Source of the DNA: Gekko japonicus
Lineage: Eukaryota
Direction: 5' to 3'
Length of the DNA: 64,000 bases
Assembly: GCF_001447785.1 (NCBI RefSeq)
Contig: NW_015173682.1
Span: 62,001-126,000 of the forward strand
The stretch's first letter is position 1. Every line of letters starts with the position of its first letter. Below are positions 37,803-49,712 of the stretch, piece by piece. The notes beneath the pieces were generated by a model. The model ran no database searches. It was not told the origin of the DNA and saw nothing but the letters and a program-made list of their open reading frames with translations. The position numbers were made by a program, and so were the translations under genes.

Positions 37803-38061
37803 TAGGGTTGCCAGCCCCCAGGTAGGAGTGGAGGATCCCTCAATTTGGTGGACTCCTTCTTGCCACTGCCCAGCTGGCCAGCAGGGGGAAACCCTGCCCC
37901 CAAGTGACCACCCGGCACAACGTCCTCCGGTGTGACATCATGTGGAAGTGGTGTCATCAGGCTGGGGGCGTTGTGTGTGGTGATATTGCCCTGCACTTCC
38001 AGAGAGCTCCCTCCCTCTCACCCACCACCCACTGGTGAATGAAGAGGACCTGGCAACCCTA
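37803..38061. mobile_element. hAT-like MITE
   Basis: tagggttgccag...ctggcaacccta; 8-bp TSD ttgttgcc/ctgctgcc. Confidence 0.8.
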
Positions 38062-38219
38062 CTGCTGCCTGAGAAGCCCCAGCCCACTAAGTAGTTTCTA
38101 TATATTCTAAGGATTGTTTAAATATTCTTTAAATATTTCTTTGCATATGAACTATCACCACCACTATGGGCTTATGCAACCTGTGCTTATGGGAGCACCT
38201 CAAAAATGAATGGCCCATA

Positions 38220-38796
38220 CTTCAGCTGAGGAGACAACTGAGAGGTGATGTGATAACCATCTTCAAGTACTTGAAGGGCTGTCATATAGAGGATGGTGTG
38301 GAGTTATTTTCTGTTGCCTCAGAAAGTCACACCAGAACCAACAGCTTGAAATTAAATCAAAAGAGTTTTCAGCTAAACATTAGGAAGAACTTCCTGACAG
38401 TTAGAGCAGTTCCTCAGTGGAACAGGCTTCATCAGGAGGTGGTGGGCTCTCCTTCTTTGAAGGTTTCTAAACAGAGTCTAGATGGCCATCTGACAGCAAT
38501 GCTGATTCTGTGAACTTGTGCAGATCATGAGAGGGAGGGCAGGAAGGATTGGATCAATGCTTCGTTCTTATGGCCCTTTCTCACACAACCAGAAAAATGC
38601 TGATCACCACTTTGGGGTCAGGAAGCAATTTTTCTCCAGGCCAGTTTGGCCAGGGATCCTTGTCATCTTCTGGACATGGAGCAAGGGTCACTGTGTGTGT
38701 GTGTGTGGGAGGGAGGTATTTGTGATTTTCCTGCATTGCGCAAGGGGTAGAATTAAATGACCCTGGAGGTCCCTTCCGACTCTATGCTTCTATGAT
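38220..38796 (+). mobile_element. CR1 LINE 3' end
   Basis: RRQLRGDVITIFKYLKGCH...WNRL; terminus cccttccgactctatgcttctatgatt. Confidence 0.9.
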
Positions 38797-39783
38797 TTGT
38801 GTAATATTATTTCTATTTAATGAGAGGAAGGCCAAGATCAATTTGTTATCTGATTGTCTTTCAGTGTAACATTCTGTAGCTTTTCTTGAACTTTTAAATT
38901 ACTACTGTTTACTTGGTTTCCAAGATGTTAGAAATTCTTTCAGCAATTTTAAGACCTTCTAGGATTCTCTTCTATCAGCTATTACAGGGTTCCTTTGTCA
39001 GTAAGAGAACACTGTTCTTTTAAATTATATAATACATACAAACCAAGGAAGAGTATACTTTCAGTAGAGTTTTTCTCTGTCTTGTTTGAGATGCGGCAGA
39101 ATACTATTAGATTTTCATTGATTTCTACTGCAGATAAATTATTTAAGGAATGGAGAAGTGTTCTTTGGATACTGTCAGCACTTCATTTAGTCCATACATC
39201 GGGTACTGAAACTTGACCTGTTTCATTGTTTGAACCGGTCTGTTGTGCTCCGCTGGTTTTTTGTTTGGTTTTTTGTTTGTAATCTTTGTAGTTATTGAAA
39301 AGAGCTGTTGGTGAGGGTTGGGGTGGTTTTTTTTTGTCTTCTAGGGAGGGACTCTGGGTGTCAACAAAACATACAGTTGATTAGTTTGGCTGCATGTGTA
39401 TCTCATTCACTTTAGTGCACATACAATTTTTACCAAGCATTTTCTGGGTATGTTCTGTACCAAGTACTTGTACTCACTAAACAATGAGGAAAAGACAGAA
39501 AGAAAGCAATACTTTGAGAATATTAGCCAGCCTGTGTGCCCTCAGTGGATGCAGTTAGCATATGTCTACCTTTTTAATGCTACCTTCCTTATTGCAGAGT
39601 TTGCTGCTTCTTCCAGAGATTGTAAGCAAAACATTTGCCACCACCCTGGGTTGGATCGTTCTGCCATCTTCACCCATTTTGCTATGCTGACTGTTTTCTG
39701 TATTTACTGAATGTCATGTATTCATTGCAAGTGAGAATGTTAACAGCATACAAGCAATTAAAATTTTTCACATGCATAGAATA

Positions 39784-39840
39784 TTGTTGTTGTTCAGTAG
39801 CACAGTCGAGTCCGACTCTTTGCGACCCCATGGACCACAG
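39784..39840 (-). mobile_element. 57-bp BovB 3' terminus with TSD
   Basis: (CAA)n tail; TSD tgcatagaata at 39773-39783 and 39841-39851. Confidence 0.85.
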
Positions 39841-40410
39841 TGCATAGAATACATAGGTAGAAATGCTTTCTCAATCTGCCTGGAATATAGGTATGTGCAA
39901 TGTGAAGCAAAAGTGGTAGAGGCCCTGAGATTTTCATCCCAATAGGATGGGGAGGGGGGAAATGTATGTTTCCACTGAAACCAACAGAGGTTCATCAAAA
40001 CATAAAAATGAATCTGACTGAGGCTATTACCAAATACAATAAATATGAACAAAATGATCCAAACCAGACATTTTTAATGTACCTTCCATTAGTATTATTA
40101 ATTTAACCAAAGCAGTTTGCCCTGTTTTTATATTACTGTTAGAAATGGTGTTTTTTCTTTCTTTCCTGAGGAGGCTCAGATGAGAATCCAAGTTACATTG
40201 GGCCCACTAATCAGAATCAGTGAGACTCGCACATTGACAAGGCTGTTGAATGCTGGTTTATTGCTTGCTGTCACAGTCTCATTTGTTTCCTTCCCACCTC
40301 ATGGTGCAGAGCATTTTTACACCCACTGAAACTTGGTCAGATGTGTTGGGACTCTGATGAGTCTTTGCCCTTATAACTCAGGAAGGAAACTAATTTGATG
40401 TCTTTGAAGT

Positions 40411-41037
40411 TAGATTCAGGTGGGTAGCCATATTTGTCTAAAGCAGTGGAACAAAGTTTGAGTCCAGTGGCACCTTTAAGTCCAGTTTTATTCTGGATAT
40501 AAGCTTTTGTGTGCATGCACACTTCTTCAGTTACATTGAAACAGAAGTCACCAACCATTACATATAGGTAGCGGGTGAGGAGGGTGTTCCTGGGAAGGAC
40601 CAGTTAGATGAAGGTGATTGGTTAAGACCTGTGAATATCAGCATATTAGCATACGGTGAACAGGAGATTGCTGAGATACAAGTTATTACAACATTGAGGA
40701 CAATAGAACCCCCAGGGCTTAACAGAGATATTGGTTTCTTATGTCACTACACATGAATCTGTTTGTAAACAACTTTATTATGCTGAATGCTAATTTGCTG
40801 CTATTCACAGGTATTGCCAATCACTTTCATCCAGCCTTTGGTATATTTACTGCTCAGTTATTTATGCATCTGAACTCTAATTAGCTCATCCCGGCAACAT
40901 GTTCTTTACCTGCTACCTATATGTAATGGTTGGTGACTTCTGTTTCAATGTATCTGAAGAAGTGTGCATGCACACAAAAGCTTATACCCAGAAAAAACTG
41001 TTGGTCTTACAGGTGCCACTGGACTTAAACTTTGTTC
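40411..41037. mobile_element. Penelope-like element, inverted pair of terminal repeats
   Basis: About 125-bp arms in inverted orientation (about 40449-40572 and 40912-41037); TSD tgtctttga(a/g)gt. Confidence 0.8.
40950..40987 (+). ncRNA. Minimal type I hammerhead ribozyme relic (second copy at 40497-40534 on -)
   Basis: gtat-CTGAAGA-agtgtgcatgcacac-(A)AAA-gctta-tac; the conserved GAAA reads AAAA. Confidence 0.6.
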
Positions 41038-41835
41038 TGTCTTTGAGGTGTTAGACATTGTCTTAAGAATTCCTGTAAGTCTTCTGCAGTACTTGTCCTA
41101 TGTTGTTGCAAACACTGACCATTGTTTGTGACTAGAATCTGTAATTATATTAGGATGGTTTGATTTTAGGATGAGTTTTTTTTGGAAAAGGCTACTTGGA
41201 AACCTCATTTTGCATTTTAACAAATTTGGGCAATTTCCTCTGAGTCAGATCAAGCAGTTTGTTCCCCTTAGCCTTTTGGCATCTTTTATCTGTGAGAAAG
41301 TGAGGTGAGGTTTTTTAGCTGCCCCTTTTTCTATTTTCTGATACAGCCCAAGGCCCTATACAACTACAGCAGTGCTGGTGTAACACTACTGGCCCGGAGC
41401 TGACTCTCTGACATGCTGCTATCACTCCAGCATGTGGGGAGAGTTCCTCCAGGGCAGATATCATGGCCTGCTCTCCTGCTTTAAACCTCCTGACCTGCCT
41501 CCCTCAACCAAGTAAGCTCTCACAGGGGCTCTTTCTTCCACCGGCTCTTCATAGTAATCCACAAAAAGTAGTAGCATCCCACATGTGGATATAGGATGGG
41601 CCTGCAAGATGGGACATCTGAAACCAATAGGAGAGGTGATTATGATTTCACTTCACTTCCTCTGTGTCATTAGAGCCTTGTCTGAACCACCATATAAATT
41701 AAAAGTTGTTTCCTAAACACACACACATTCTTACTCTGATTTATTCCTGTAATGTTATAGGATCAGTAACAACAGAAAACTGGAAAATGTCTGGACTTTT
41801 TCCCGTTCTTATATTTTGTAATTAAGATGGCATGT

Positions 41836-42843
41836 GTGACGAATTCCCTTATTTTAGGGTATGAGGGTTTTTGTTCCTTTAACCTTTCACATGCTGGAGA
41901 AGTCTTATTTTTCACTGACTCTGACACTGTTTGACCAGGAACCCACCCAGTTCATCCTTCTGTCACAAACCAAGCCACTTATTGATGAGACCTTTTTATA
42001 AATATTAATCTCTGTGGCTTTTCATGAACACCGCCCTTTTTATGTGATGTCTCTTGTGGTTTAACTTTGCCAGATGCTTCACTTGGTCAGACACTGAGGC
42101 ACACACGACTGGAAACTATAAAACCAATTAACGATTTTATTTACAAAGACAGGCAGGGAATATATGTACAAGGGAAAAGCTAATGCAGGTGGATACATGG
42201 TTGCAAATGGTATAGTTCAGATTTAGGTTAGTTCCCTTATAGTTGTTCCCTTTAGATGTCACAATACACAACACTCTCTCTCTAAAATCAACCCCTGTGC
42301 TGTTCTAGATGGCCAGTTTTGGTGTGGATTTCTCAGGTAGTCTCCACCTTCACAGAGAAATACCTCAGCTGTGCCTTGGTTTTGATTTTGGACACCCACT
42401 AGTCCGATAAACACTCCTGGCATGCACTAAACCAGTCTCTCTCTCCAGCAGGGTATAAATTTTAAGTGAGAGGCATGTGAATCTCTTGTTTAACCACAAG
42501 GAGCTTATTTTCCTTTTAAGACTCCTTAGTTTTCACTGTACTGTGTTTCCCCAAAAATAAGACATTGTCTTATATTTATTTTTTCTCAAGAAGACATACT
42601 AGGGCTTATACCACAAATGCATAGAACTCCTGCTAGGGCTTATTTTTGGGGTAGGTCTTATTTTCGGGGAAACAGGGTAGTATAGAACTACGTTTGGCTC
42701 TTCTCAGGTTCCCTTAATATTGGAATCTGTAGAGAAGGCTCATTTGCTCCTTGGACTCAAAGATGTTCAACAAGACTTGTCAGTCCTCTGGCACAGTACT
42801 AATTGACTAAAACCAACTGATCCCAAGCCTGGAGTCCGTCACA
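41836..42843 (-). mobile_element. Solo LTR (about 1 kb) with a nested MITE
   Basis: tgtgacg...cgtcaca inverted ends; perfect 5-bp TSD gcatg; strand tentative. Confidence 0.8.
42541..42677. mobile_element. Tigger/pogo-like MITE
   Basis: TIRs ctgtgtttccccaaaaataagac / gtcttattttcggggaaacaggg; TA on both sides. Confidence 0.85.
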
Positions 42844-44625
42844 GCATGTTTTATATTTGAAGCCAGGTAGTGTGCCTTAAACAGGCAATATAACAAGTAT
42901 CCTTCTTTACTGAGTAAGAAATAAAGGTTCTACTTTAGTCAAGAGGCCTGATTTCTAAGCATTGGACTTTCTGGCATCCTGGGAAGCAAGCAGTCCAGGG
43001 GTACAGCGACACCTAGTGCTGCTTACATTTACATGTGTGAATCATGTTTTTCTCATTCTGTTTCTCTCTACATAATAATCCTCTTAGCATACTGGCTATT
43101 TCCAGCTCTCCCACTGGCTGTGCAATGCGCTCCATCAGCCATTGGCCCATCAGCTGCCACTCAAGAGTACTCGTGTACCATTGGCTGGGTGCTGGGTCTG
43201 CTCCTCTTCCTAGCCCACTCCCACTTCAGCCGCTGTCTCCCACTTCAGTTCCCTGTCAGAATAACTGGCAAACGGCTGTCTCTCCTGATGAAGACACTTC
43301 TCCTGCTTGGCTTCTCTGTGGGACTAACTTTTCCCTCAGTGGCTGTTGGTAGGCAACCAAGCTTGGTTCTGTTAGTAAAAAGACTAATGAAGGAAACTCT
43401 TTCCAGGCCTTTGTGAGGAACTCATTGGGGCCAGGCCTGACTAGGGTTGCCCGCTCTAGGTTGGGAAATTCCTGGATATTCTGTGTCTAAGGAGGCCAGT
43501 CTAAGGAAGCCAGAGTTTGGGGAGGGGAGAGGCCTCAGCTGCCCAGTTGGAAAGTGCCCTGAAAGCGGATTGAAAATGGGATATTTAGCTTGTGTGACCG
43601 CAGCCCGAGGGTGCTTTCATGCATGCTGAACAATGCAGTTTCAGTCCCCTTCAGTGACCATTTGCAAGTGGATTTTGTCATTTCACACAAGATCCACAGG
43701 GTTTGCCAGACCCAGGTTCTTGCTGTGGAAGTGGTGATTTTGGACCAGTCACAGACTTTCAGCGTAACCCCCTCCCCTGCCCACTGCCAGCTTGGCCACT
43801 TTCCTGTCAGAATAAACTGTGAAAATTGCTATGCAACCAAGCTTGGTTTTGTCAGTAAAACAGGGTTGTTGTGCAAGTCAAAAGGCAGAGACGAGAATGA
43901 TGTAAGCTGCTTTGGTCCCCATTGCAGAGCAAAAATGTACTTTTCCTCCTGGAGAACCATTGTTGCCAAGCTCCAGGTGAGGGCTGGAGATCACTCAGAA
44001 TTACAACTGCTCTCCAGGAGGGAGGGGGAAGGAGATGGAAAGCTGCAATCAGTGGGGCAGATAATGGCAGGTTGATGCTTGGCTGGGAAGGAGATAGAGT
44101 TACCAACTCCAAATTGGGAAATTACTGAAGATTTGAGGGGTGGAGCCTGGAGAGGGTGAGTTTTGAGGAGCGGTGGGACCTCAGACAGGTACAGTGCCAT
44201 AAACTTCACCCTCCAAACCAGCCATTTCTTCCTGGGGAACCATTATTGCCAATCTCCAGGGAAGGGCTGGAGATCACTCAAAATTACAACTGCTCTTCAT
44301 GTAGCAGATATCAGTTCCTCTGGAGAAAATGGTGGACTCTGTGTCATTATATCCTGCTGAGGTTGCCACAGAAAATTGATACTGAGTGCCCATGGCTGGG
44401 GCATTCTCCCAGAGCCTCTTTCTAGAGGTCGTTGGCACACGTCTTGTGATGACATGGTATAATAACTAGCATTTGTTGAATGTCAGTCTGCTTCATGATA
44501 TATTGTAGTTAGGGGCCTCTGGTGACTAAGGAAGATTTAGATCAGAAAGACTTGCCAATTGTTATGCTGAGGTTCAAAGGCCAGTTGCAACAGAATGGGA
44601 ATTACGTCTGTCTTTATAGGGAATT

Positions 44626-44978
44626 GAGGAGCTGCGGTGGCTCAAGTGGTTAAGACGCTGAACTGCAGGCTGTGGAAGGTCAGTAGTTCAGCAGTTCAAG
44701 TCCCAGGTGCCGCATGATGGAGTGAGCTCCCATCTCTAGTTCCAGCTCCTGCCAACCTAGCAGTTCGAAAGCAAGAAATTGCAAATAGATAAATAGGTAC
44801 CACTTCGGTGGGAAGGTAACAGCGTTCCGTGCGCCTCGGTGTTTAGTCATGCCGGCCACATGACCACGGAAACGTCTTTGGACAGCGCTGGCTCTTCGGC
44901 TTTGAAACTGAGATGAGCACCGCAACCCTAGAGTCAGATTCGACTGGCTTTCGAGCAAGGGAACCTTACCTTTACCTT
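44626..44978 (+). mobile_element. Sauria SINE
   Basis: tRNA head, body ending (accttt)n, TSD tagggaatt. Confidence 0.9.
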
Positions 44979-45659
44979 GTAGGGAATTAGTGCAACTATA
45001 TCAGTGACCTTGACCTTCATCACTACAAAATCAGGACACCATATGAAGATGATGTACTAAGTTTGCTGAAGTTTGTTGTTTTGCCTCTTGAGGTGCCCAA
45101 GGAAAAGGGGTATGGTAATAGAAGAACTTTATATTTTGGTACTAACAGATTAATTCTTCTCTAAATCAGGCCAAATGGGTGAAGATAATAAACATACCAG
45201 CAAGCAGTGGGTTTTTTCCTCTTGAGATTTTCTTTCTGAGCTCTTCAATTTCCATATCATCAGTCATATAAAAGTTGTACTGAAAGCAAATCTAATTTAT
45301 GAGGTTGGGGAAGTTACCTCCTGCAGTGATGAAATGTTTTGCTTCTTTTGTGAATTGGGCAGAGACGTTGCCTTCGATTATGCAGTTATTTAGATTAGTT
45401 TGAGGTGTTGCCAATTTCAGAAATTGTGGAAGAAGCATTGTTAATTAATGAGATAACACTTGCTTATTTCACAGAATGGCCAAAAGCTTTGTGTATATTT
45501 CTTAAATGGTAATATTTTGCTTACATCAAGAATAGTATCTTTCCACTAATTCAGCACAAAACCCTGAACATTTCTGCTGTGAAATCTCCATTAATTATGG
45601 TGATACTTGCATAGGGGTTTTGTTTCAAACACTCATATCTGCATGATGAAAGGCATGAT

Positions 45660-45859
45660 TGCCCTGACCTGGATAGCCTAGGCAAGCCCAATCTCTTCAG
45701 ATCTCGGGAGCTAAGCAGGGCCAATCCTGGCAAGTACTTGGATGGGAGACCTCCAAGGAATACTAGGGCCAGGACACAGAGGCAGACAATAGCAAGCCTC
45801 TCTGAAACATCCAAGCCCCACTAGGGGTCACCAGAAGTCAACCATGACTTCCAGGCAAG

Positions 45860-45890
<31 letters not shown>

Positions 45891-45908
45891 CACAAAAGAA
45901 AGAGAAAA
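45660..45908 (+). mobile_element. 5S rRNA-derived SINE, complete
   Basis: 5S head, (CA)n plus A-rich tail, 12-bp TSD gaaaggcatgat. Confidence 0.88.
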
Positions 45909-46589
45909 GAAAGGCATGATCCGCAATTTTGGTAGTATGTCTTTGTCAGAAGCAGTGCAAAGGCAGAGTATCAGCAATGTACAAATGTACTGGGTTCCAG
46001 GTTACCACATGGGCCGACAGTCTATACAGGTAAAGGTTTGCATTGCCTTCTAAATAAATGATTGCCCATTTTGCATTGCCTTCTAAATAAATGATTGCAG
46101 CTGTCTTTAAAAGACCTTGTGTGGTTTTGTTTCTGGATGTATTAGAGATCATGTTGTCCTTTATGTTTATTAACACAAATCTAAATTATTCAGAGCTCTA
46201 ATAGACCTGAGATCTGATCCTCATGGAGGGTACCTGCATAGATCTGGCAATANNNNNNNNNNNNNNNNNNNNNNNGGAAACTTTGCATGTATTTTTAAAT
46301 AGTGGTGTGAGAAATTTAGATCATGAGTTCTGTTTGAGTGAAGGATATGACCAGAGAGATTAAACAGAATTATTTCAGTGTTCATTAGAGATAGTTTTAT
46401 TAAATTAACAGACACATATTTATGTGTATCCATATATAGGGATGATATACAAGGAAGTCTCAAGGGATTGTAAACTGCATTGTAACTTTAAAAGGGGATG
46501 GATAGTGAATCATTATGCAACAGTTTTTGTAACTGGACTGAGAGAAGATAGAGGGGAACAAGTAGGAATGGGAGAAGAAAGATGCAGTG

Positions 46590-46992
46590 TTTGTTGTTGT
46601 TGTTCAGTTGCACAGTCGAGTCCGACTCTTTGCGACCCCATGGACCAGCTCCCTCCAGGCCCTCCGGTCTTCCGCCATCCTCTGAAGTTGGCTCAATTTC
46701 ATGTTCGTTGCATCGATGACACTGTCTAACCATCTCATCCTTTGCCGTCCCCGTCTTCTTTGACCTTCAATCTTTCCCAGCATCAGGGTCTTCTCCAGTG
46801 AGTGCTCCCTTCTCATTTGGTGGCCAAAGTATTTGAGCTTCAGTTTCATTATCTGGCCTTCCAGGGAACAGTCAGGGTTGATTTCTTTGAGGATTGACTG
46901 ATTTGTTCTTCTTGCAGTCCAAGGGACTCTCAAGAGTCTTCTCCAGCACCATAGTTCAAAAGAATCTATTCTTCGGCGCTCGGCCTTCCTTA
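46590..46992 (-). mobile_element. BovB LINE 3' fragment, young
   Basis: Open frame RVPWTARRTNQSILKEI...LKYFGH...VHGVAKSRTRL; (CAA)n tail. Confidence 0.92.
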
Positions 46993-48419
46993 TTATCTTA
47001 TTGCATAGCCAACTAGCCTTTTGAAATTGAGGTCACGGGTGGTATATACGAAAGGCCTATAGGTCAGAGAAAGCTGGATAAACCAAAGATGATTATTTGT
47101 ATACCAACTTATCTGGACAAAAGAGCCGTAGGGTTTTATCCGTTGGCTTTTCCCCTCCTTCCTACTTGCTTCCTTCTGAAAAGCTGGTTTTGAGGGTTTG
47201 AAGACCCTTGGGAATTCAGGAAGAAGTAGTACAAGAGCATGCAGCTTGAGTAGAAATTGCCCACGTGTGAGGCATTCCAAGAATGAAATGAGCCATGCGA
47301 GATTATGTGTGTGAAATTCCCCTTGAATGGCATACCACTCTATTCTGGAGTAGTGTCCAACCCTTGGGGTTTTGGGGGGGCACTGGAGACTGCTGTGAGC
47401 TACAGGGTTAAGGGAGCTCTTTCCCATAAATTTCTATAGCTCATGATGCGTAAAATCCAATACAATATTTGGACTTGAAGCAGTTTACAGTGTCAAAAAC
47501 AGTAACAGAAAACCATCAAATACCAGAAACATTTTAACCCAGGTTACTTAAACAAGAACATATTTAGGAGTGGTGCCTGGGAAGGACAGAGTTTAGGGAG
47601 AGGATGGAGCTGAACAGAGATGTGATGCCATAGAGTCTGCCCTCAAAAGCTGCCATTTTTTCCATCTGAACAGGTGTCTAATCTGGAGGGCAGTTGTAAT
47701 TCCAGAGAACTCCAGGTCCCACCTGGAGGTTGGCAACCATAGTGGTAACAGTTCTGCCCCTTGGTGGCAACAGTCTCACCCCAGGCACTTCCTTCCAGGA
47801 GGCAGTTTCCTTCAAATGGCTGTAGGGGAGGGTTGGAGCAGATTGGGTGATAAAAACTTTCCTTCCGCACATTTCCTTATTGAGCTAAACTATCATAATT
47901 TAAAAATTCTATATTTTTATAGATATATCTGGTAATTAGGTTTGCAGCTGGGGAAGCATAATATTCTGCAGTTTTTGTGGTAACTCGTGTCCTAAGTATT
48001 ATTCAAAGGTGAATACACACAGTCATATACAGGCAGCAGAATGATAGTACATACGTGAAACTGGTATAAAGAAAAGGGTAAACAGACTGTCAGTTCAGTA
48101 CTGTACGGAAACAGCTGTGCTTACAGAACATGAATGAGTATAGTACAGATTAGCAATGTATGTTTTTGGAATCATTAGAGAGAGATATTCAGTAAAACTT
48201 GCTAATGGATGGATGTCTGAGAGCTAGAGGGCAACTTTGATATGTTTCCCCCAATTGCATGTGCTGACTAATGAAAAGAGAAGAAGGTGAGACCTTTTGG
48301 GTCTCCTTGAAAATTTAGAGGTGGCTTTGTTTTGCTCTTTTAATATTGGATTGGTCAGAATCTTATGGCAGGAAGTAGTACAATTAAGGGCAGAAACACA
48401 TATGGCAAACATCATCTTC

Positions 48420-48820
48420 AGAAGCCCTGTTTCAGATGCCCCTCTTTTCTGAGTTTAGGTGTGTGACAACCTGGGAGAGGGCTTTCTTGGTCATGGCACA
48501 AAAGCTCTGGAACTCTCTCCCAGGTAGATTTTTTTGTCCTCCTCCTGTTGTTGTCTTCTGCCAGTGAAGTGAAGACTTACCATTTGGCATTCCCTCATGA
48601 TCTCTCCTTCCTAACCAATGTTTTAATTGCCATTTCTATGTTTTTATGTATATTAACCGTTTTTAATTGTTTTTATTATGTGTGTTGCGGGGTTGATTTT
48701 AATGGTTTTAAGATGCGATTTTCATCATGTATGTTTTAAATTGTTATTTATTTATTTATTTATTACTTTCGGCTTCTACCCCGCTCGAACCCCCTAGGGG
48801 GTCTCTGAGCGGCTTACAGT
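48420..48820. mobile_element. L2-like 3' remnant followed by an antisense SINE/LINE tail
   Basis: ctctggaactctctccc motif; (ttta)n followed by ctctgagcggcttaca. Confidence 0.5.
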
Positions 48821-49489
48821 TACTCTGTTATCCCTAACTATGGCCACATCTTAATTGGGATGGGGACTGCCCTACCAGCACCCTGTAGATGGAGCTGTTC
48901 TTCTTCTTTGATCTTAGCTCAGCACCTTGGCCCATTTCCAGCTCGGCTCCCTTCGGTTCTTCCTCCATTCTCCTCTTGCTGTCCTCAGCACCTGGGTGGC
49001 CCTTGTAAAAGCAAAAAGGCAGGATACAAATTTTGTAAACCACCACCACCATCACATATTCTAATAGCATAGCTGGGCAAATCTAAGGATACTTAAAAAT
49101 CCGGTGATTGGAGCTGTGAACAGGCAAGACAGATCTTTCTACAAACGTGAAAAACACCCCAGGTTTGCAGAAAAATGTAAAATCTAAAAAAGATACTTTG
49201 GGGGATTTAAAAACACGCTAAAGGATAAAAGGAGCACCTGTAGTTTTAAGAAGCGGAAGCCATTAGTGACTGTTGGTAGGCAATCACAGCATTACAGGCT
49301 TGGTTACTGTGAGTAAAAGGTAGGCAGAGGGGTCAGGATCCTTTTCACAGTGTTTTGGCCTTTGAGGGAAGAATTATTTGGATCAGGTGTTCCTGCCAGC
49401 AACTACTGGGTGACTTTATATCACCCACCTTGCACGAATCAGTTAGGCCTGGATGCTTGCTACTATTCAGCGGCCGTCACCCTATGAAA

Positions 49490-49712
49490 GCCAGTGTTGT
49501 GTAACAATTAAAGCTTGAGAATAGGGTCTGGGAGACCCAGGTTCAAATCCCCATCTTTCTGTGGAAGCTCACTGGTGATTTTGGGCCAGTCACATACTTT
49601 CAGACTAACCTACCTCACGGGATTGTTGTGTGGATTAAAAGGAGGAGAGGAGAATGATGTAATCTACTGTGGAGAAAGTTGGTGTATAAAATGAAGTAAA
49701 TAACTAATAAAT
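49490..49712 (+). mobile_element. tRNA-derived SINE (Squam3-like)
   Basis: B box ggttcaaatcc; body similar to 15520-15792. Confidence 0.7.

Noticed and set aside
39590-39710. Peptide PPPWVGSFCHL resembling the EGF motif of ATRNL1 exon 1
   Set aside because: Cysteine spacing is wrong, there is no continuous frame or suitable donor site, and the context is AT-rich rather than a CpG island; likely chance
45662-45755. 5S rRNA gene
   Set aside because: Diverged, fused to a non-5S body with a tail and TSD; it is a SINE
46036-46099. Short 33-bp-period tandem duplication
   Set aside because: Ordinary slippage duplication; only two units and no spacers, so not an array
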